Assembly: GCA_014905635.1 (NCBI GenBank)
Contig: JABVCE010000008.1
Coordinates: forward strand, 1,116,001 to 1,180,000
Reading direction: 5' to 3'
DNA length: 64,000 nt
Origin: Scenedesmus sp. PABB004
Taxonomy: Eukaryota
The notes under the pieces are model-generated. The model made no database searches and was not told the origin of the DNA. It was given only the letters and a program-made list of their open reading frames with translations. Position numbers and translations under genes: made by a program. Shown here piece by piece: positions 53,696 to 64,000 of the stretch (position 1 is the first letter of the stretch; the number at the start of each line of letters is the position of its first letter).

Positions 53696-54306
53696 CGGTG
53701 GTCGTCGGGCCGCGCCTGCTGCCAGAGGGCCTGTTGCCAGAGGGGGGGAGGGCCTGTTCGAGCTGGATGGGCCTGCTGCCAGAGGGCCTGTTCGAGCTTT
53801 GATGGCTTTCGAGTTCGAGCGCCGCAAGCTGCCCCCGCGCCCTGCCCGCGTGCCGCCGGGGTTTGAACGTTCGGGACGGTGGCAGGAGCACGCAGGCGCC
53901 GGGGCCGCGAGGCGCTGCTGCGGCGGCGCGGGCGCGAGGCACTGCTGCTCGGTCTGCGCCGGCTGGGCCGCACGGGGGGAGCACGAAGGAGCGCGGGGCG
54001 TGGCCGACTGTCTGAGGGCGTTGCCGTACACGCTCAACCCCCCGCAGGACCGCAGCGCAAGCCGCCGCGGCTCAAAGCGCGCCGTCCGTTCGATCGCCGC
54101 TCGCTGCGCGCCGCCAGCGCGGGTGCAGTTGCGCCGCAGCGCTTGCCGTGCGCACCCCAAAAAGAACGCGGCCCGCCAAGAAAACGGCCCCCCGCCACAG
54201 CTGCGCAGTGCTCGGCACACCGCCGGCAGCCGCGGAGGGCGGCGGCCGGGGCCGCCCGGGACGCGGATGTCAGTGCAGTCCTTGTTCTTTGTTCGCCCGA
54301 GCCCCA

Positions 54307-54986
54307 TCACTGCTGCTGCCACGCGCCGCCCGATGGTGCAGGGGTCGTGTTGATGGCGCAGCTGCTCGCCGCGGCCGTCCCCCGCAGCGCCTCCTCGAGG
54401 TGGCGCTGCAGCCGGTCCGCGGTCACGCGCGGCTGCGGGCGCGGCAGCACCACCTGGCGGCGGCGCGCCGGCGGCGGCGGGGTCGGCAACGCGGCCGGGG
54501 GTCGGCGCGGCGCCGCGCGGGCCGCGTGCTGCTGCCGCCCGCGCGCCGCACCTCGTTGCCCTGCTCGTCGACGACCGCCAGCACCGGCACCGCCAGGTGC
54601 ATCGCGTCCTGCCACGCCGCGTTGGTGGCGATGTCGCGCACCTCCAGCGTCGCGCCCGAGAGGAAGCAGGGCACGAACTCGGCGCGGTCGATCAGCCCGC
54701 GCACCTTGTCCTGCGGCGGCACGGCCGTCCGCGGTCAGCGCGGCGCACGGCGCCAGCGCAGGGGCGGCGCGCGGCGCCAGCGTGCCTTGAGGCCGTCGCA
54801 GAGAGGACAGTCGGGCTTGGTGTAGAGCACGAACGAGTGGCTGCCGCCGCTGCTGCTGCGGGCAGCGAGCGCCGCCGCCCGGCGCGGCGGCCCCCGGCCG
54901 GTGGCGCGCGCCACAGGGGCGCACGCCCCCGCGCCAGCGGCGCGCAGCGGGGCGGCCGGGCCCGCCCGGCGCGCCGCCGCCGCCAT
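54307..54986 (-). CDS. Glutaredoxin-like protein (DUF836), probably plastid-targeted
   Basis: VLYTKPDCPLCDGLK|DK, LEVRDI.TN..W, VPVL, LPRPQPR. Confidence 0.85.
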
Positions 54987-55259
54987 GCGGCCGGCAGCAG
55001 CGGAGGCAGTTGGCGCTGCGCGGCGGCCCGCTCGCGGCGCGTGGCGCTTGCCGCGTGGCGCTGAGGGCGGCGGCTAATTCCGATTGTGGCGCACGGGCCA
55101 GGACGAGGGGCGTGGGGCCGGTTGTTTTCTCCCCCAACGCGCCGGTGAAGCGCAGCAGCGGCGCAAGCAGCGCACGGCACTGCCCCCCCCCCGTTCCCCC
55201 CTGCAGCAGCCACAGTCGCAGCGGCAGCAGCACGGCAGCGGGCAGCAGCGGCGGCGGCG

Positions 55260-55898
55260 ATGCAGCGCGGTGCGCGAGCGCCCGCGAGCGCCGCGCCGCG
55301 CGCGCCCGCTGCCGCTTGCCCCCTCCCGTGCTCACACGTGGCACTGCCGCCGGCTGCCCGCACCGCAGACCGTGGAGTGCGCTGGGGCGGCGGCCGCTTC
55401 GGTGCGCGCGCGGAGCAGCGCGGCAGCGCTCCGCTTGCTGGCAGCGCGCTCCCGCTGCTGCGGCGCCCCGCGCCCCGCGCCCGAGCCGCGCGCCTGCGCG
55501 CCGCCGCAGGCGGCGAGCCGGCCGACCACAGCGGCGGCTACGCCGCGGGGCCGGGCCCGGGCAGCCAGCAGCAGGCGGCGCACAGCGGCAGCGGCGGCGA
55601 CAAGGCGCCGCGCGGCGGCGCGCCAAAGCGGCACGAGCGCGCCAACGACTACTGCCAGCACTACGTCGACACGGGGCAGCGCCCCCAGAACTTCCTGCGA
55701 GGCGCGCGCCGCGCGCGCCGCGCGCGCGCCGCGCGCGCCGCGCCGGGCGCGGCCGCCGGCCGGCCGCGGCGCAACGCTCACGCCGCGGCCCGACACCGCG
55801 CCGCGCCGCGGCGTCAGACTCTGAGCTGGAGGACCGCTACGCCGACTACCCCCACCTGCAGCGCCTCGCCGCCCTCAAGGACAAGCAGGCGGGGCCGC

Positions 55899-55931
<33 letters not shown>

Positions 55932-57558
55932 GCCGCCGCCACGCACGCGCCGCCGACCGCGCCGCCGCGCCGCCGCAGGTGCGCGCCCACACGACGCCGC
56001 CGTACGCGCTGCGCGCCGACCTGCGCAAGCTGCAGCTCAGCAAGGAGGTCTTTGGCACCAAGTGCGGCCCGCCGCCGCCGCCGCCCACGCTGGCCTGTGC
56101 CGTCGGCGCGGGCGCGGGGGCGCGCGCCCAGCGCGCGCCGCCTCGTCCAACCACGCCCTGCTCCCCCCGACCACAGGTTTGACGTCGTTCTGATCGACCC
56201 GCCGTGGGAGGAGTACGCGCGGCGCGCGCCGGGGCTCGTCGCCGACCCCGAGGTCTGGACCTGGCAGGAGATTCAGGCGCTCAACGTGGGCGCCATCGCC
56301 GACGTGCCCAGTGCCGTCTTCCTGTGAGCCCACGCGCACACAGGGGCCAGGCGGGGTCCGGCGGGCCGGCGCGGCCCGGGGGCGCGCGCGGGCGGGCGCG
56401 GGCGCAGCCTGGCGTCCGGCGGCGGGCGGCCGGCGACCGGCCTGCCGGTCGTCGCCGCCGCCGCGCCCGCAGGTGGTGCGGCAGCGCAGAGGGCCTCGAC
56501 GCGGGGCGGCACTGCCTGCGGCGGTGCGCCGCGCCGCGCGCGCGCGCGCCCCCCCCCCCGCGCCACTGGCGGGCAGCGCGGCCGCGGGGGCGGGGGCCGC
56601 GCCCCGGGGCGCCGCGGCGGCCTCACGCGCCCGCGGCGGCGCCGCGGCGGCGCAGGTGGGGCTTCCGGCGCGTGGAGGACATCTGCTGGGTGAAGACCAA
56701 CAAGGACGCCAAGGCCCGCACCTACCTCAACAGCCAGGAGCCGGGCAGCATGCTCGTGCACACCAAGGCGCGCCGCGCACCGCCCCGGGGCGGAATCGCG
56801 CGGGGCGCGGCCGCCGCGGGGCGGGCGCGCGCGGGACGTGCGGCGCCGCGCGACGGCCGCGCCGCGCCGCGCCGCGGCAGGAGCACTGCCTGGTGGGCCT
56901 GCGCGGCGCGGTGAAGCGCGAGGTCGACGGGCACATCCTGCACGCCAACTGCGACGTCGACGTCATCGTCAGCGAGGAGCCGCCGCTGGGCAGCACGGAG
57001 AAGCCGGACGAGCTGTACGGCATCATCGAGCGCTTCGTCAACGGACGGCGAGCAGCGGCGCGGCGCGGGGCGGCGGCGCGGGGGCAGCGGCGGCGGGCGC
57101 GCGGGAGGTGCGCGCGGGGCGTGGGGCGCGCGCTGACGGCCACGCGCGCGTGCGGGCGCGCGGGCGCGCGCGCAGGCGGCGGCTGGAGCTGTTTGGCGAG
57201 GACCACAACGTGCGCGAGGGCTGGGTCACGGTCGGGCGCGGCATCAGCCAGACCACGTTCAAGAAGCAGGCGCGCCCGCCGCCGCCGCCGCGGCGGCCGC
57301 GCGGCCGCTCTCCACCCCCGCGCCCGCGCCCACGCCCACGCCCACACCTGCCCGCGCCCGCCTATGCCTCCCCCTTGCTGGGCACAGGTGTACGCGGGCC
57401 ACTTCCGCAGCGAGGGCGGCGTGCCGTACGACGAGCACCGCGGCGCCAAGCCCCCGCCCGGCGCGCCGGTGCTGGTGCCGAGCACCGCCGAGATCGAGGC
57501 GCTGCGCCTGCGGCTGTCCAACCCGCACAACGACGCGGGGCGCTTCCGCGCGCGGTAG
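55260..57558 (+). CDS. METTL14: MT-A70 family m6A methyltransferase subunit METTL14/MTB
   Basis: NDYCQHYVDTGQRPQNFLR, FDVVLIDPPWEEY, FL|WCG, WGFRRVEDICWVKTN, HTK|EHCLVG, HANCDVDVI, STEKP, RRLELFGEDHNVREGW. Confidence 0.93.
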
Positions 57559-57757
57559 TGCGGGGCGCGCCCGCGCGCGCGGCCGGGCGCGCCGGCGGAC
57601 GCTGCGTGCGCGGGTGGTCGGGGCGCCCGGGAGGCACGGCGGCGGGACGGCGGGCGGCTGCGTTTGCAGTTGCGGGCGGCGCGGAGGACCGGCAATCGCC
57701 CGTTGACCGCGTGTTGACCGCGTCGACCATGACCTTACATAATATAGCAAGCAGCAC

Positions 57758-57833
57758 AGGCAGGCAGGCAGGCAAGCAGGCAGGCAGGCAGGCAGGCAAG
57801 CAGGACAAGCACGGGCAGGACAAGCACGCAGGC
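57758..57833 (+). repeat. (GGCA)n-type microsatellite between convergent genes
   Basis: aggcaggcaggcaggcaagcaggcaggcaggcaggcaggcaagcagg. Confidence 0.85.
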
Positions 57834-58156
57834 AGCGAGGGATGACCGGATCAGATCAGCGGGAGGGGCAGGCGTGTGGGGCCGCGCGCTCCCTTCAGCA
57901 GGGGCAGCTGCAGCGGGGGGAAGCAAAGCAGGGCGGCGTGGATTCGCAAGTTCTCGCCAGCGCGGGCCGGCTCCCTAGCGCGGCGCATCGCGGTCAGCCA
58001 CAGCAGGAAACACACACGCACGCCGTCCCGTTTGCGGCAGTCACACACACAGATCCCGGCGCACACATGGGGTGGGGTTCGAGCGAGGGTTGTGCCGCCC
58101 GGCCCGGCTGCGGGCCGGGCGAGGCGGCGGGCCGCCGCCACAAAATGGTCCGCCGG

Positions 58157-61100
58157 TCAGGTCCAGGCGATGCGGGCGCTGCCCGACATGACCGCGACGC
58201 CGCCCTTGGCGCCCTGCGCGCGCGCGTCCCCGGTGTAGGCCTGCACGACCGACCGCGCGCCGGCGACGCCGCGCAGGCGCGGCGGCACCGTCACGCGCAG
58301 CGAGCCGTCGGCAGACGTCGTGAACGGGCCCAGAGTGGCCGTCGCGGCGTCGGCGCCGCCGCCAGAGGTGGTGATCGTCACGTACACGCCCGCGCCGCCC
58401 ACGGGCGCGCCCTGGCGGCTGAGCGCGAGCGCGAGGCGCACGCGCGCGCCCGCACGCACGCGGCGCGGCGCGGCGGTGAACACGAGCAGGTCGAGGCGCT
58501 CGCGCTCGAGCTCGGCGCGCGCCGACGACGCGGCGGTCAGGCTGTCGCCGCCGGCGCCCTCGGCGAGCGCCGCGAGCAGCAGGGAGGACTGGGCCGACGT
58601 CGTCGCGGGCGCGGGCTTGCAGGCCCACCACCTGCGCGCGCGGGCGGGCGGGCGCAGCGCGAGCTCGGCCGCGCTCGGCGGCTGCGCGGGCACGCGCAGG
58701 CCAGCGCAGCAGCCCCCTGCCGCCGCGAGCGCGCTCACCACTCGCCGTCGCGCAGGCAGGCGCTGCCGGACGCGCAGCAGTGGTTGGCCCAGGGCGTGTC
58801 GGTGCAGGTGCCGGCGGCTGGCGGGCACTTGCTCGAGCGGCCGCCGCACTGGGCCCAGTTTGCAACCGCGTTGGCGCAGGCGGGCGGCGCCGGCGGCGGA
58901 GGCGACACAGGCTTGGGCGCACACATCCACCTGCACACGGGCGGGCGGCGAGGCGGGTGTGGGGCGTGGGGCCCGGACCCCGGCCCGGCTCGGCAGTGGC
59001 GGCGGCGCGGCGGCGCCCGACGCACGCACCACCACTGGCTGTCGCGCTTGCACTCGTAGCCGTCGCCGCAGCAGTAGCCCTGCCAAGGAGCGCGCGGCGG
59101 GCGTGGTCAGCCGAGGCCCGCAGCGCGGCGTGGCGCGGCGCGGCAGCGAGCGCCCACCGGCCACTGGCTGTCGGTGCAGGTGGGGACGTTGGTCGGGCAG
59201 GCGTCCACGCGGCCGCCGCAGCGGCCCCACGGCCCCACGCTCGCGACGCAGGTTCCAGGCGGCGGCGGCGTCACGACCGGGCGCGGCGACGGTGACGGCG
59301 GCACGGGCGCGGGGCTCTGCGTGGGGCGGCGGTGCCGCAGGCGCGTGTGGGCGGTGGGCCACGCTCGCCAGCAGCCATCGCGGCGTGCGCGCGCCCCCTC
59401 ACCGGCGACGGCCGCGGCACGGGGGCAGGCGACGGCGTGGCGGGCGGCGCGGGGGTCGGCGACGCGGGCGGCGCGGCGGTGCCCGGCTTGCAGGCCCACC
59501 ACCAGGGGTTCTCCTTGACGCAGACGTTGCCGGACGTGCAGCAGTGGTTGGGCCAGGCCGCGTCGGAGCAGGTGCCCGCGGCCGGGGGCACGCGCTGTCC
59601 TGGCCTGCGCGGCTCGGCGGCGCTGCCCGTCAGAGGGCTGTCGCAGCGGGGCGGCCGCAGGCGCCGGGCAGCGGCCGCGCGCGCCGCGCCGGCCACGCAC
59701 CGCCGCACTTGGACCACGGCGCGATCGTGACGGCGCAGGTGCCCGGCGGCGCCGGGCTGGCGGCGGGCGGGGCGGGGCCGGGGCTCGCGGCCGGCGGCGG
59801 GGGCGAGGGCGAGGCGGCCGGCGGCGGCGGCGGCGTGGGGCCGCCGGGGCCTGCGAGGTGCAGGGTGCGGTCAGGCGGGCGTGTGCGAGCGTGGGCCGGG
59901 CGGCGGCGCGCGCGCCGCGGCCGCAGCAGCCTGCCGCGTCCCCGCGCGCGCACGCGCGTCTCACCCGCGCCGCAGGCCGCGAGGTCGCCCGCGGCGAGCA
60001 TCGCCGCGAGGCCGGCGGCCGCGCCGGTGAGGCCGGCGTTGTAGTCGACGGCGACCTCGCTCTGCTTGTAGTCGTTTCGAATGTCCGGGTACACGTCCGA
60101 CTGGTCTGCGCGGCGGCACACACACACACACAGCGGGGTTGACCAACGGGGCGCAGCGCGTTCCATTGTGTGCACATGCGGGCGTGAGCGCGCGCGGGCG
60201 TCAGCGCGCAGGCAGCTGGACAGAGGGTGGGCGGCGGCGCGGGGCACGCACCCGGGCCGCCGACGAGGCCGCCGAGCAGCGTGATCTGCGCCGGGTTGCT
60301 GGACATGAAGTTGGGCTGGTCGCAGCACCCGCCCGGGCCCGTGCCTGCAGTGGGGAGAGGGAGGTGGGTGTGAGCCGGGCGGCGACGCGCGGGCGCGCGC
60401 GGGCGCGCGGCGGCGCTGCGGCGCCGCCGTACCCGACTCGCCGGCGCAGCACGTGCCGCCGTTGCGCAGCGCGCAGGGCGGCGTGTAGGTCGCCGCGCAC
60501 GCGCTCTGGCGGTGGTGCGGGCGCTGCGGCCAGTTGGGGCCGTAGCCGATCACGTAGCTGCGGTCGCTACCGCTGCTGCCGAGCATGTACCGCATCTGCC
60601 GCCGCGCCCAGCACGCGTGCGTCGCCTTGGACGCGGGCGCCGACGACTTGGCGAGCAGCACCGCGAGCCACACCGCGTTGGCCGTGTTGCGCAGCGTGCC
60701 CCACTCGCTGTACCAGGCGAGGCCCTTGGGCGTGTAGCAGACGGTCGAGTAGGGCGACGCGGGGCAGCGGGACGCCGTATTCTGCCACTTGGCCAGCACA
60801 AAGCCCTCGAGCCACGTGCGCGCGGCCGACGACACGCCCAGCCCCGGCACCGCCGCGAGCACCGCCGCCGCGCCCGGCAGCGCGCTGTCCCAGTCAAAGC
60901 TGCGGCGGCGCGGGGCGGCGCGGCGCGCTGTCAGGGGCGGCGGGCGCCTCGCGCACGGCCCCAGCGCGGTGGCGGCCAGCCGGGCTCGCCGCCTGGCCTG
61001 CCAGCGGCGCCGTCCCGGTCTCTCACCCGAAGCTGTACTGCAGGCTGGACGCGCTCGCGGTGCCCCACCAGGTCTCGGCGGTGGGGCAGTACGCCGGGCT

Positions 61101-63253
61101 GTGCCGGCACATGAGCGCGGCCGCCCACGCGACGTGCGCGAGCCAGCCGTTTGAGGCGTAGGTGGAGTAGGCCATGCGGATGCCGGGGATGACGTAACTG
61201 GCGGCGGCGGCAGGGCGAGGCAGGCGAGGAGCAGCGCGGGCGGGGGCGCCAGCAGATGATCGAGGCCCAGCCAGCCGCGCGGGGGGCGGGCGCGGACGGC
61301 GCGCGCGGGCGCGGCGCCGCCGCCGCAGCAGAGCCGGGGCCGCTCCTCACTTCTTGCGGTGCGCGGGCTCGACGGCAAAGCCAAACGCCTGCTCCGCGCG
61401 CTTGAAGAGCGCGGCCGCGCCGGTCTCGTTGCCCGCGGCGCGCAGCACGCCCGCGGCGGCGGCAAACGCGGCCGCGTACTCGCCGGCCACGTCGGCGCCG
61501 CCGGTGGTCGAGTTGACGAGGTACACCGGCCGCGGCGTGGGGTTTTGCTCGGGGCGGCCGAACCAGTCGTGGTCGGCGTCGTTGGAGACCTGGCCGACGA
61601 AGACGTTGCCCGCGGGGGCGTCGCTCGCGGCCACGTGCGCGCGCGCGAGCCAGTCGGCCGCCCAGCTGACCGTGCTGACCAGGTGCTCCCACTCGCCAAA
61701 CGCGACGTAGGTGTCGCGGAACTCGAGCCCCGACAGCGCGACGTTGGCGAGCGCCCAGGCCATGGGGTGGGGGCACTTGATCTGGTCGCCCGCGTCGTAC
61801 CAGCCGCCCGCGAGGTTGCGCCCGATCGCCGCGCCGTCGGTGAGGTGCGCGTCCTTGCGGTACCCGACCTGCCCCTGCGCGCCGGGGGTGCCGTAGCGCA
61901 GCCGGTTCCACGCCGGCAGCGCGCCGCTCTGCTGGGCCTCGTAGAAGAGCAGCGACTGGCCCAGCACGCGCGCGTAGCTGTCGTCGGCGTCGCTCGGCGG
62001 CTGGCGCGCCCGCGGTGGGCGGGGGGGGGGGGGCGGCCGTGGGGCGGCGGCGGGTGTGGAGCGGGCGCGAGGGGCGCTCGCGGGCACGGCGCGCGCCGGC
62101 GCGCGGCGGGCGGCGCGGCTCACCGGCGGCGTGGGCGCGGGCGCGGGGCTCGCGGGCGGCGGTGGCGGCGGGTCGCTCGGCGCGCCGCCGCCGCCGCCGC
62201 CGCCGCCGCTTGCGGGCGTGATGCGGACGTCGGCGCAGTTGCTGAAGACCTCGAGCCGCGCGTTGTTGGTGGGGCTGCAGAACCCGGGGGTGCTGCCGTA
62301 CACGACGTTGCGGCCCGACGCGTAGCCGCCGCACAGCGCGGGGTCGCAGCCGGGCACGATGCACGACTGCATCGCCTCGTAGCGCCACTGCAGCACGCAG
62401 CCCGCGTCGCACGACAGCCCCGCGGGCAGGCGGTACGCCGCCGTCCAGTTGGCCGCGTCGCTCATCAGCCACGTGTCGCGCTGCCCGTTGTCGACCCTGC
62501 GCCGTGCGGCGGCGGCGCGGCGCGCGGCGTGTGAGCCGGCCGGCGCCGCGGACGGCGGGGCCGGCGCGGCGAGCCCCCCGGGCACTCGCGCGGGCTGGCG
62601 GCGGGGCGGCCGCGCGGTGCCGGCCCGGTCCGCGCCGTGTGAGGTAGTTGGTGCCGAAGCAGGCCTCGTCGAGCGGCGCGGTGCGGGGGCAGACGCGGTA
62701 ATAGAAGCGGCCGCCGTGGTTGCTCGTCAGCACGACGCCCAGCGTCACGGTGCCGCCCGCGGCGTACGTGGCTGCGCGCGGCGACGGCGGAGACAGGCAG
62801 GGGCCGGGGGCGCGCGCGCGGGGGGTGTGAGGCAGGGGGAGGTGGGGGGAGGTGGTACCGCACGCGCGCCGCGACGCGCGCCGCGACGCGCGCCGCGGTG
62901 GCGCCGCGGGCGGCGCGCCTTGGATGGGGCTGGGGGAGGCGACGAAGTTGGTGGTCATGCCCTGGAAGGGGTCGCCGCAGGGGCCTGGGCGAGCCAGGGG
63001 GGCGCGGGGGGCCCCGGGCGAGCGCAGAGAGTGGCGTCACTCAAATCGAGCAGCGCGCGCGTTGGGCCCGCGCCCGCAAAAAGGCTCCACGCGAGCCCGC
63101 ACCGGCTCCGTTGCCGGACATGTGGTTCCAGAAGCGCTGCTGCGTGTTTTCGTAGTAGTTGCGCGACGGCGGCACCGCCAAGAAGCCGTGGCCGGCGGCG
63201 GGCGCCACCAGGGCCGCCGCCGCCAGCGCGGTGAGCAGCAGCGCACGCGCCAT
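58157..63253 (-). CDS. Secreted multidomain enzyme: AA15-like LPMO + Pro linker + GH9 endoglucanase + three CBM1-like modules + Ig-like C-terminal domain
   Basis: Signal MARALLLTALAAAALVAPAAG followed by H1-GFLAVPPSRN; CGDP, LTSNHGGRF, CVLQWRY, EVFSNCADV; GH9 SLLFYEAQ, GGWYDAGD, RPHHR, DYKQSEVAVDYNA; W.xCGG...CC...C....WW..C repeats. Confidence 0.9.
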
Positions 63254-63315
63254 GCGTGTGTGCAGCTCCGGGGCTGCGGAGGGGCGCGCGCGGCCGCCGG
63301 GTGAGGGGGACCAAC

Positions 63316-63508
63316 CCGACTAGTGAGGCCGGGCGCGCGTTGGGCGGCAGGCCGCCCCCGCGCCGGCGAAGCGTGCCGGGTGCGAGGAAGAGTGCCGATT
63401 AGTCCGGTGCGCGAGTGCGGGCGGCCCTGGTGGCCAGTTAGTTCGGTGTTTGAGCAAATCACGTGGAGACTAATCGGTTCAAAAGCCCCGGGCTGATCAC
63501 GTGGAGAC
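63316..63508. promoter_or_regulatory. Motif cluster upstream of the LPMO-GH9 gene: two G-box-containing 13-mers and CCGAYTAGT repeats
   Basis: ATCACGTGGAGAC at 63458-63470 and 63496-63508; CCGATTAGTC at 63395-63404 with its reverse complement at 63468-63477; CCGACTAGT at 63316-63324. Confidence 0.55.
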
Positions 63509-63862
63509 CAGAAAAAGCTGTGCGCTGACCTTTTTCGCGACCTTCGCGCCCGCTGCGGCGGCCCGCCGAGCGCCGGCGGCGGCTGCGGCGTCACCGCCGC
63601 GCTCGCACCGTTCGCACAACTGCCTGCGTCACCATCCGCGCCCGGGCCGCTCTCTCACGCACGCAACTCGCCCGCCGCTATCGTACAGGCCGGCCGCCAG
63701 CGCGCGCGCGCACGCTCGGCAGCCCGCGCCCTCCCGCGCGCTCGGCGAGCCGCCCCGCCCGCTGCCTGCCTGCCTGCACGGCCCTGCCCTGCCGCCCCGC
63801 CCGCCGCCCCGCCACCGCCGCCGTCGCCGCCTGCCCCCGCGCCCGCCGCCGCCCTGCTGCCG

Positions 63863-64000
63863 TCAGGCGAAGAGGAAGCGCAGGTCGTCCTCGGTGAGCC
63901 GGCCGAGCGCCTCGGCGTCGCGGCCGACGGTGCCGTCAAACACGGCCTGCTTCTTCTCCTGCAGCTTGAGGATGCGCTCCTCGATCGTCCCACTGATCAC
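63863..64000 (-). CDS. C-terminus of a RAD16/RAD5-like SNF2 helicase (partial)
   Basis: VISGTIEERILKLQEKKQAVFDGTVGRDAEALGRLTEDDLRFLFA*. Confidence 0.85.
   Translation of the reverse strand: MISGTIEERILKLQEKKQAVFDGTVGRDAEALGRLTEDDLRFLFA

Noticed and set aside
56195..56215. DPPW catalytic-type motif in METTL14 suggesting an active subunit
   Set aside because: Plant-lineage MTB proteins also carry DPPW as far as I recall, so it is not unusual.

Overview
Eukaryotic nuclear DNA. It is extremely GC-rich, intron-rich and gene-dense, with about 26 spliced genes in 64 kb. Most of the supplied long ORFs are GC-driven artefacts; the real genes had to be rebuilt from short exons. TGTAA poly(A) signals, plastid-type genes (ZDS, ObgC, beta-amylase-like) and (C)GCAG acceptors point to a chlorophyte green alga (inference). 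Gene order: U32/RlhA-like (3' end), LRRC47-like, 2OG-Fe(II) oxygenase, AP endonuclease, TBL/SGNH esterase, NMNAT, BROMI-like, Obg GTPase, GFA/CENP-V, secreted sulfatase, ZDS, TMEM106-like, ELP5, NSE2/MMS21, TPR-like membrane protein, C1A papain-like protein, cytosolic HSP70, beta-amylase-like, coiled-coil orphan, Kdo transferase-like, histone-fold protein, DUF836 glutaredoxin-like, METTL14/MTB, a secreted multidomain glycan-active enzyme, and the 3' end of a RAD16/RAD5-like SNF2 helicase. Highlights: (1) a single-polypeptide AA15-like LPMO + GH9 + 3x CBM1-like + Ig-like fusion; (2) a papain-fold protein with the silicatein-type Ser-Tyr replacing catalytic Cys-Trp; (3) very frequent GC-AG introns; (4) a Kdo transferase with a ~900-residue insertion; (5) a BAM9-like pseudo-amylase; (6) an inverted duplicate of the NSE2 5' region bracketing three genes. 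Gene coordinates are start-to-stop spans including introns. Family calls rest on motif recognition from memory, not on database searches.
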